From Acidimicrobiia bacterium (lineage in GTDB: Bacteria; Actinomycetota; Acidimicrobiia; Spongiisociales; UBA5794), in NCBI GenBank assembly GCA_030066755.1, contig JASJAX010000045.1, positions 1-60,367 of the forward strand: a stretch of 60,367 nucleotides of DNA. Direction: 5' to 3'. A model generated the notes under the pieces. The model saw nothing but the letters and a program-made list of their open reading frames with translations, did not search any database and was not told the origin of the DNA. Below are positions 54,170 through 60,367 of the stretch, piece after piece. The stretch's first letter is position 1. Each line of letters starts with the position of its first letter. The position numbers and the translations under genes were made by a program.

Positions 54170-54916
54170 TCAGACGACATCGCGTCGGGTGACCGCCGCG
54201 AGACCGATGGCTGCGGGCACGAGCGCCCACAAACTCATTGCTACGACGGCGAGGCCGATGGAGACCGTGCCGTCGACTCCGGACATCACGTCGGCCAGGG
54301 TGTTGGGCACCCACGAAGCGGTTTCGCTGACCATCTGCACGGCGAGGGGTGGCATGATCAGCAGGAGCAAGATCGTGCCGGTGACGGCACCACCGGTGTT
54401 CCGGACGAACGCGCCGATGCCGGCCCCGAGGACTGCACCGGTGCCCCCTGCGAGGGTCGACGCTGCGAGCACCTGCACGAGGTCGGCGGTGGCCACCATG
54501 AAGGTGTAGTCAGTCGCAACGAGTCCGGCAGCCACCGAACCTGCGCTGATGCCGGCGCCGACGAGCCCGAGGAGGCTGCCGGCGACGAAGGTCGCCGCAA
54601 GTTGCGCAGCCACGGCTTGGGGGCGGCCTGGTGTGGTCAGGAACGTGAGCACGACGGTGCCGTGGCCGTACTCGCGCGCAACGGCGATGGCGCCGAAGAG
54701 CCCCGCGACCAGGACGGCGTTGGCGGCGAAAGCCATGAGGGACTGCTGGTCAGCCGCAGTGGAGATGAAGGTCTTGCTGCCGTCCATGTCGGTGCCGAAT
54801 GCCACTGCCATGGCCGTTGCTGCACCGATCGCCGTGAGCACGATGAGGAAGGCCAACGGCATCCTCGTGCTCGTCAGCTTGCGGAGTTCAGCTCGCACGG
54901 TTCGAAACCAGTTCAT
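54170..54916 (-). CDS. ABC-2 type transporter permease
   Basis: The protein has six predicted TM helices and overlaps the upstream ATPase gene. Confidence 0.75.
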   Translation of the reverse strand: MNWFRTVRAELRKLTSTRMPLAFLIVLTAIGAATAMAVAFGTDMDGSKTFISTAADQQSLMAFAANAVLVAGLFGAIAVAREYGHGTVVLTFLTTPGRPQAVAAQLAATFVAGSLLGLVGAGISAGSVAAGLVATDYTFMVATADLVQVLAASTLAGGTGAVLGAGIGAFVRNTGGAVTGTILLLLIMPPLAVQMVSETASWVPNTLADVMSGVDGTVSIGLAVVAMSLWALVPAAIGLAAVTRRDVV

Positions 54917-55868
54917 GGTTGCTCCCTTGGGTTGTGGATCCGTTGTGGTCCGCTGCTCCGGTCCATGCGAAGAAGCGGTCCTCCAACGAGTCGGTGTGGC
55001 GTGTCAGCTCATGCAGGGCGATGCCTGCGCCGAAGGCGTGCTCGCCGATCTCATCGAGGGAAAGGCCTCGAACGAGGAGGGTGTCGGCTGGTCGCAGGTC
55101 GACGACACCACCGGCAGCTTCGAGTGCGACCCCCAGCGCAACCGGTGAGGCGGACCGGACCAGCGACGCAGACTGTTGGAGATCGGTCAGCGATCCCTGC
55201 GTGACGAGGCGGCCCTGGTTGACGACAACGACGTCGTCGGCGAGCTGCTCAACCTCGCCGAGGAGATGGCTGGAGACGAATACGGTGTTGCCCTGTGCCG
55301 CCCGTGAGCGGAGCAGATTTCGCAGGGTCCGGATCCCCTGGGGGTCCAGGCCGTTGCCGGGTTCATCGAGCACGAGCACCGGGGGGTCACACAGCAGGGC
55401 GGCGGCGAGGCCGAGACGCTGTTTCATGCCGAGCGAGTAGGCCCCGGCCTTACGATGAGCTGCGGCGCTCAAGTCGACTAGCTCGAGGACCTCGTCGACC
55501 CGTTCCAACGGCGTGGAGGTGGCGTCGGCCAGGATCCGCAGGTGGTTACGCCCGCTCCGTCCGGGGTGGAAGGCATCGGCCTCGACGCTGGCGCCCACCG
55601 TCCCGGTGGGGTCGGGGAGCTCGTCGTAGGCCAGTCCACCGATGGTGGCTCGCCCGCGGCTCGGCGCCGCTAGGCCGAGGAGGATCTTCATCGTGGTGGA
55701 CTTCCCGGCGCCATTCGGGCCGAGGAAGCCGGTCACCCGGCCGGGTTCAACGACGAATGAGAGATCGTTGACGGCGGTGGCGTCGTCGTAGTTCTTGGTG
55801 ACGTGTTCGATGGTGATCGGATAGGACCGTGGTGTCGTCCCGGTCTCATGGTCAGATCGCTGCGTCAT
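54888..55868 (-). CDS. ABC transporter ATP-binding protein
   Basis: Walker A is GPNGAGKSTT, the signature motif is YSLGMKQRL, and Walker B is VLVLDEPGNGLD. The start is probably ATG 55868. Confidence 0.85.
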   Translation of the reverse strand: MTQRSDHETGTTPRSYPITIEHVTKNYDDATAVNDLSFVVEPGRVTGFLGPNGAGKSTTMKILLGLAAPSRGRATIGGLAYDELPDPTGTVGASVEADAFHPGRSGRNHLRILADATSTPLERVDEVLELVDLSAAAHRKAGAYSLGMKQRLGLAAALLCDPPVLVLDEPGNGLDPQGIRTLRNLLRSRAAQGNTVFVSSHLLGEVEQLADDVVVVNQGRLVTQGSLTDLQQSASLVRSASPVALGVALEAAGGVVDLRPADTLLVRGLSLDEIGEHAFGAGIALHELTRHTDSLEDRFFAWTGAADHNGSTTQGSNHELVSNRAS

Positions 55869-56006
55869 GGCTGCTCCTCTGGTACGTGACTTCAACGTAC
55901 GTTCCGGAGGTGCGCCGGTCTCCCGGCAATGGAGGGATTGTCGCCTCCCCCATTTGGGGGATTCGTTCGCAGCCTGGAGGACCCACGGTCGGTCGAACGG
56001 GGCCGA

Positions 56007-56684
56007 TCAGTGACCGAGGTCGGCGTCGCCGGGCGTGATCAGTCCGCTCTCGTAGGCAAACGCCACTGCCTGGGCCCGGTTGGTCAGGCCGAGTTTGGTG
56101 AGGATGCTGGAGACGTGGGATTTGACGGTTGCCGCGCCGACGAAGAGTGCTTCGGCTATCTCCAGGTTGCTGGAACCAGCCGCGACGGCAACCAGGACTT
56201 CGCTCTCGCGCTCCGTGAGGCGGTCGAGGCGGGCGACGACCGATGCGTCGAGGGTCGGCGGGGTGGCAAATCGGCTGATCAGTCGTCGCGTCACCGACGG
56301 CGCCAATAGCGCGCCGCCATCCGCCACGGTCCGTACGGCGGCGACCAGGTCCTCCGGGGAGATGTCTTTGAGAACGAAGCCACTTGCGCCGGCACGCAAC
56401 GCCTCGTACACGTACTCGTCCGGATCAAACGTGGTGAGGATCACCACTTTGACTGGCCAATCGGCGGAGTCGACGATCGCCTTGGTTGCCGCCAGGCCGT
56501 CCATCTGGGGCATTCGAATGTCCATGAGGATCACATCGGGACGATGTATCCGTGCGATCTCGATCGCGGCGGCGCCGTCACCGGCCTCGGCGACGACGTC
56601 GATATCGTCCTGGAGCCCGAGCATGGCGGCGAAACCGCCCCGCACCAGGGCCTGATCATCGACGACGGCGACCTTGATGCTCAC
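56007..56684 (-). CDS. NarL/LuxR-family response regulator
   Basis: The receiver domain shows VAVVDDQ and LMDIRMPQMDG. The LuxR HTH reads LTERESEVLVAVAAGSSNLEIA. A GTGA overlap joins it to the kinase gene. Confidence 0.9.
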   Translation of the reverse strand: MSIKVAVVDDQALVRGGFAAMLGLQDDIDVVAEAGDGAAAIEIARIHRPDVILMDIRMPQMDGLAATKAIVDSADWPVKVVILTTFDPDEYVYEALRAGASGFVLKDISPEDLVAAVRTVADGGALLAPSVTRRLISRFATPPTLDASVVARLDRLTERESEVLVAVAAGSSNLEIAEALFVGAATVKSHVSSILTKLGLTNRAQAVAFAYESGLITPGDADLGH

Positions 56685-57826
56685 GAGTCCCCCAATGGCA
56701 GCTGTGCATGGACCCGGAAGCCACCTTCGGGTCGGGGCCCGGCCTCGAAGGTACCGCCCAGCAATGCGGTGCGCTCGTTCATCCCGACGATCCCGTGGCC
56801 CGATCCGGGCAACGCAGTCGTCCCGGTACCCGTGTCGGTCACTTCGATGTCCAGCAGCTCTTCGGTCGCCTCGAGGCGCACCCGCGCCTTGGCGTCGCCA
56901 CCCCCATGCTTGAGGACGTTGGTGAGCGCTTCCTGAACGATGCGATAGGCGAAGAGCTCCACCCGGACCGGCAGAGCGGACGGAGCATCCATGGCCAATG
57001 AAACGCTCATCCCGGTCTGTTGCAGCTGGTCGACGAGCTGGTGGACTTGAGGAAGTCCCGGCTGCGGACCCAGCTCACCCGACGCGGTCTCGGGTCTCAG
57101 GACACCGAGAAGGTGACGGAGCTCGTCGAGGGCTCTGCGCCCGGCTTCCTCGACGGCGCCGATCGCCTCCTCGGCTCGGGTCGGATCGTCCTCAACAACG
57201 AGGCGGGCGACACCCGCCTGTACGGTCATGACACTGACGTTGTGCGCCACCACATCGTGGAGTTCGCGTGCGATCGCGGCGCGGGCGTCCGCAATGGCGC
57301 GTTGTGCTTCCGTTTTTCGTTTCCATTCGAGGTGTTCGGCCCGCTCCCGAGCGGCTGCCCGGCGAGCGCTGATCCGGCGTCCGACGTACCAGGGGAGCAC
57401 CGTCACGAACACGCCGGTGACGACATCAGAGATGGGGTCACCGTCGGTCAGCTGCCCGAGGATGTTGACACCGAGACCTCCGAACAACGCCACCAAGCTC
57501 AGCCTCGCGTCGGGAACGTGTCGACCGACTGCATACAGCGAAACCAGGATGTGGAATACCGGGTTGCCCTTGTAACCCAGGACCGCCCATGACAGTGATA
57601 TGGCAAGGGCAACCCCGAGGACGGCGAGTGATCGGCTCCGCCACCACAGCAACGCAATGCTGGCAAGGGCGAGCAGGAGAAAGCCGGCGGCCGGTATCTC
57701 CGAGATCGGCGTCTCAGCCTGGACTGCGATGTTGATGATGCTGGCGCCAAACACTGCGACCGCCACGACGACGTTGGTTGGTCGGGCGCGTCGGCGGCCC
57801 TTCATGGTCGAGCGGTCCGCCGTCAT
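56681..57826 (-). CDS. Sensor histidine kinase (HisKA_3 type)
   Basis: There are N-terminal TM helices. The H-box is ARELHDVVAHNVSV. The ATPase G-boxes read DTGTG and GHGIVGMNER. Confidence 0.85.
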   Translation of the reverse strand: MTADRSTMKGRRRARPTNVVVAVAVFGASIINIAVQAETPISEIPAAGFLLLALASIALLWWRSRSLAVLGVALAISLSWAVLGYKGNPVFHILVSLYAVGRHVPDARLSLVALFGGLGVNILGQLTDGDPISDVVTGVFVTVLPWYVGRRISARRAAARERAEHLEWKRKTEAQRAIADARAAIARELHDVVAHNVSVMTVQAGVARLVVEDDPTRAEEAIGAVEEAGRRALDELRHLLGVLRPETASGELGPQPGLPQVHQLVDQLQQTGMSVSLAMDAPSALPVRVELFAYRIVQEALTNVLKHGGGDAKARVRLEATEELLDIEVTDTGTGTTALPGSGHGIVGMNERTALLGGTFEAGPRPEGGFRVHAQLPLGDS

Positions 57827-57911
57827 GGCGCTCGGTTCGACGTGGGCACCGGAGCTGTCGCCGCCAAGATCGGTCCTCTCACCTGCGTCGACTTCAGGCT
57901 ACCGGGGACCT

Positions 57912-58760
57912 TCACAGCCAACGGGGTACTCGTTCGAGCACGTCCTCCGCGCCGATGCGGTCGGCAACCGCCGCGAGGCGGTCCCGATCGGCCCCGCGCC
58001 ACTCGAGCTCAGCGACCGGCTCGCGGAGCGGAACATCTGTGGCCAGCTCGATGAGGTCGCGATAGAGCAGCGCTTCGTTGTGCCGCTCCGCGAGGACGGC
58101 GGCAAGTCGTGCGGCACCGCGGATCGGCATGTCCCATTGCTCTGCGTCGGCGGGGATTGCTTCGATCGAGCCGTAGCGGTTCAGTGCCGCCGCGGCCGAT
58201 GAAGCGCCCCAGCCGGGCAAGCCGGGAAGCCCATCGGCCTTGTCGCCGACGAGGGCCAGATACGACGGGATGAGGTGCGGGCGGACACCCCACTTGGCGA
58301 CGACGCCGTCTTCGTCGGTGATGACGTCGTTGATCCGATCGAGCATCACCACCTGGTCTCCGATCACGCACTGGGCGAGGTCCTTGTCCCTCGTACAGAT
58401 CACGATCTGCTCGACGCCTGGTTCGTCTCGGTATTTGGCTGCGGCGGACGCCAGCGCATCGTCGGCCTCGTAGCGACGGATCATCGGCCACAGCACCACA
58501 CCGAGCGCCCGCGTGATCTCGGCGGCGATCGAGTGTTGGTTCCACGGCCCGTCCGTTCCAGAAGGCGCGAGCGGCGCGTCGACGATCGTGTCGAACGTGA
58601 CGCCAACGTGGCTCACGCCGTTCTGTCGGAGCAGGGCGACCAACGTGTGAGCGAACGCCCGGGAAGCGCCGACCTCCTCTCCGTCGGCGTTGGTCGCTCG
58701 GGGGGCACCGTTGAAGCAGCGGAACAGCTCGAATGTGCCGTCGACGAGGTGGATCTTCAC
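57912..58760 (-). CDS. 5'-3' exonuclease / flap endonuclease (Pol I 5'-nuclease-like)
   Basis: The gene has a GTG start (VKIHLVDGTFELFR). The motifs CTRDKDLAQ and LVGDKADGLPGLPGWG are present. Confidence 0.75.
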   Translation of the reverse strand: MKIHLVDGTFELFRCFNGAPRATNADGEEVGASRAFAHTLVALLRQNGVSHVGVTFDTIVDAPLAPSGTDGPWNQHSIAAEITRALGVVLWPMIRRYEADDALASAAAKYRDEPGVEQIVICTRDKDLAQCVIGDQVVMLDRINDVITDEDGVVAKWGVRPHLIPSYLALVGDKADGLPGLPGWGASSAAAALNRYGSIEAIPADAEQWDMPIRGAARLAAVLAERHNEALLYRDLIELATDVPLREPVAELEWRGADRDRLAAVADRIGAEDVLERVPRWL

Positions 58761-58776
58761 AATGTCAATGTAGGCG

Positions 58777-59844
58777 CTACCCACCCGTCGGGTCGGCGGT
58801 CGATCGGGCCCGCCAGACGATCCAGCACCCGAGCCCGATCGGGATCTGCAACGCATAGGTCAACGTTCGGTAGACGAGGACGGCGGCAACGACGAGGGCT
58901 TCGGTGCCCCCGGCGAGGACGAGCGCGGCACTCAGCCCCAGTTCGACGACGCCGATGCCGCCGGGCGTGATCGGCAGTGCGGTGACGAGGCGAACGAGCG
59001 CAAACGCCGCCAGCGCTTCGGGTGCCGTGACCTCGGCAGCCGGCACTCCGAGGAGCCGTAGCGATACGAGCAACAGGAGATAGAGCGACAGGTGGCTCAC
59101 GAGGCTGGTCGCAGTGAGCCAATGCCACCGCGACCGGAGGAGCTGCTCGGCGCGCCGGCGGAAGGCCACGAACCGTTCCGGCCAGTCGTCGAATGGGCCG
59201 CGTTTCACGAGCCGGGCCAATCGGGTCGCAGCGCTTCCCAGCCAGGTTCCGAGGCGATGTGCCAGTGCCTCGCTCCGTGCGAACACCACGAGTCCAGCGA
59301 CGGCAGCAAGGAGCACCCCGACCCCGATCATTGCCGTCGACAGCAGCGCCGGATGTGCCTCGCCGCGGACCGCAACGATGGCCAGGGCGGCGATCGGCAG
59401 CCCGAGCTTCATGAACAGATTCCAGATGCCACTGAGGGCAGCTGCAAGACCGATCTGGGCGGCGGAGTACCCGTACGACGAGAACATCGCGTAGGTGACG
59501 CCGACGCCGACTGCGCTCCCGGCGGGGACCGTGTTCGAGACTGCCGTCGAGATCTGGCCGACCATGAACGCCCGTCCGAGCGACAACCCCGGCAGTGCCG
59601 CCATGGTCACGAACTGGTAGGTCAGGAGATTCCACCCGGCGAGGGCGAAGAGCACCCCGACCTCGCCGAACGTGAGGTCCCCGATTGCCGATCGCACCTG
59701 GGAGAAGTCGGCCAACGTCGGCAAGATGCCGACGAGCAGTGCCACCGCGATGACCACCGAGCCGACGGCACCGAGGATGCGACGCCGCCGTGGCACGACG
59801 GCGTCGTGGTGCGACGTGGTCGACTGCTCGTCTTCGCGTGCCAT
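58777..59844 (-). CDS. UPF0104 / lysylphosphatidylglycerol-synthase-TM-region-like membrane protein
   Basis: The protein has about 8 TM helices. The N-terminal pattern RRRILGAVGSVVIAVALLVG...L is typical of the flippase-like domain family. Confidence 0.7.
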   Translation of the reverse strand: MAREDEQSTTSHHDAVVPRRRRILGAVGSVVIAVALLVGILPTLADFSQVRSAIGDLTFGEVGVLFALAGWNLLTYQFVTMAALPGLSLGRAFMVGQISTAVSNTVPAGSAVGVGVTYAMFSSYGYSAAQIGLAAALSGIWNLFMKLGLPIAALAIVAVRGEAHPALLSTAMIGVGVLLAAVAGLVVFARSEALAHRLGTWLGSAATRLARLVKRGPFDDWPERFVAFRRRAEQLLRSRWHWLTATSLVSHLSLYLLLLVSLRLLGVPAAEVTAPEALAAFALVRLVTALPITPGGIGVVELGLSAALVLAGGTEALVVAAVLVYRTLTYALQIPIGLGCWIVWRARSTADPTGG

Positions 59845-59902
59845 GGAACCTCTGCTGCCGGGCGGTAGTCCGCGCAGCGTAGCCCGACACTCCGTCGGTG
59901 GA

Positions 59903-60367
59903 TCAGGTCACGGCGCGTTCGGCAGCGGCGACGAGCGCGGAGCGGCGTTGCGCAGCTTCCGGTGTATCGCCGTCGAAGGTACTGGCCAGCGTGTACAGCA
60001 CGCGATGTTCACCGGAACCTTCGAGGTCGGTGAGCAGCAACGTACCGTCGATGTCGAGCAGCAGCGCAAGGGGTTCGGTAGCCACCAGGACACGGCAGGG
60101 GAGCACCGTCCCGGCGACGGTGACCGTTGTTGATGCTGGATCGCCGGCATCGAGGCCGAGTTCCCGGTGCAAGCGTTCCCAGACGTCGGATGCGTTCCGG
60201 GTGACCGATGGTGTACTCAGCGTCGTCACTCTGCCCGCACGGTCCGTCGACTCGACGTAATGAACCAACGTTGCGAGGAACAGTGACCAGCCACGTTCGA
60301 TGTCGCCGTAGTAGCCCTCCCAGTCGTCGACTCCCGGATCTGGCAAGGAATGCACGAGGCGAACGGT
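59903..60367 (-). CDS. Hypothetical protein, 5' end possibly beyond the window
   Basis: The reading frame stays open to the window edge. GC3 bias is good. I cannot make a secure family call. Confidence 0.35.
   Translation of the reverse strand, partial: TVRLVHSLPDPGVDDWEGYYGDIERGWSLFLATLVHYVESTDRAGRVTTLSTPSVTRNASDVWERLHRELGLDAGDPASTTVTVAGTVLPCRVLVATEPLALLLDIDGTLLLTDLEGSGEHRVLYTLASTFDGDTPEAAQRRSALVAAAERAVT

Noticed and set aside
55880-55965. Short inverted repeats between the response regulator and the ABC ATPase genes (GTACGT-N7-ACGTAC, CCCCC-attt-GGGGG, GGAGG-N8-CCTCC) as terminators or operators.
   Set aside because: The stems are short (5-6 bp), there is no U-tract, and there is no repetition elsewhere. 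The evidence is not enough to call them.

Overview
GC-rich window with strong third-position GC bias. The gene content looks actinobacterial, possibly Acidimicrobiia-like, but that is inference. I support about 57 protein-coding genes. I found no rRNA, tRNA, CRISPR array, integrase or transposase. Gene order from the left: hsp20 with a HAIR-like operator; a DUF4397 surface protein plus class F sortase; a secreted beta-propeller/Ig-like protein; surE; a TetR/MMPL divergent pair; a compact type VII secretion-like locus (two WXG100-like genes, a three-P-loop EccC/EssC ATPase and a DUF1023 hydrolase, opposite a LysM / TcpC-like / EspG-like operon); YibE/F; mazEF; GNAT; a Sec-signal RTX-repeat protein; a P-loop kinase; a Pat-like GNAT/acyl-CoA synthetase; proC plus proline dehydrogenase; GAF-GGDEF; pckG; a TPM-like membrane protein plus pspA; a 1755-aa SARP-kinase-STAND-TM-WD40 fusion; an HExxH protein plus a PQQ-like propeller; a methyltransferase; PFOR plus a DHOD-like protein; YcaQ; a small HTH protein plus a serine hydrolase; an ArsR operon; an ABC-2 transporter; a NarL-type two-component system; a 5'-3' exonuclease; and a UPF0104 membrane protein. 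The most interesting signals are these: (1) a family of period-7 (heptanucleotide) tandem repeats in four separate intergenic regions, with shared sequence between loci; (2) the type VII-like locus, which lacks the canonical EccB/D/E/MycP genes and instead carries LysM and conjugation-type TcpC-like partners; (3) the giant SARP-kinase-NTPase-WD40 protein, which appears to be membrane-tethered; (4) several precisely symmetric operator or promoter structures. All functional calls rest on motif recognition by eye; no database search was run.
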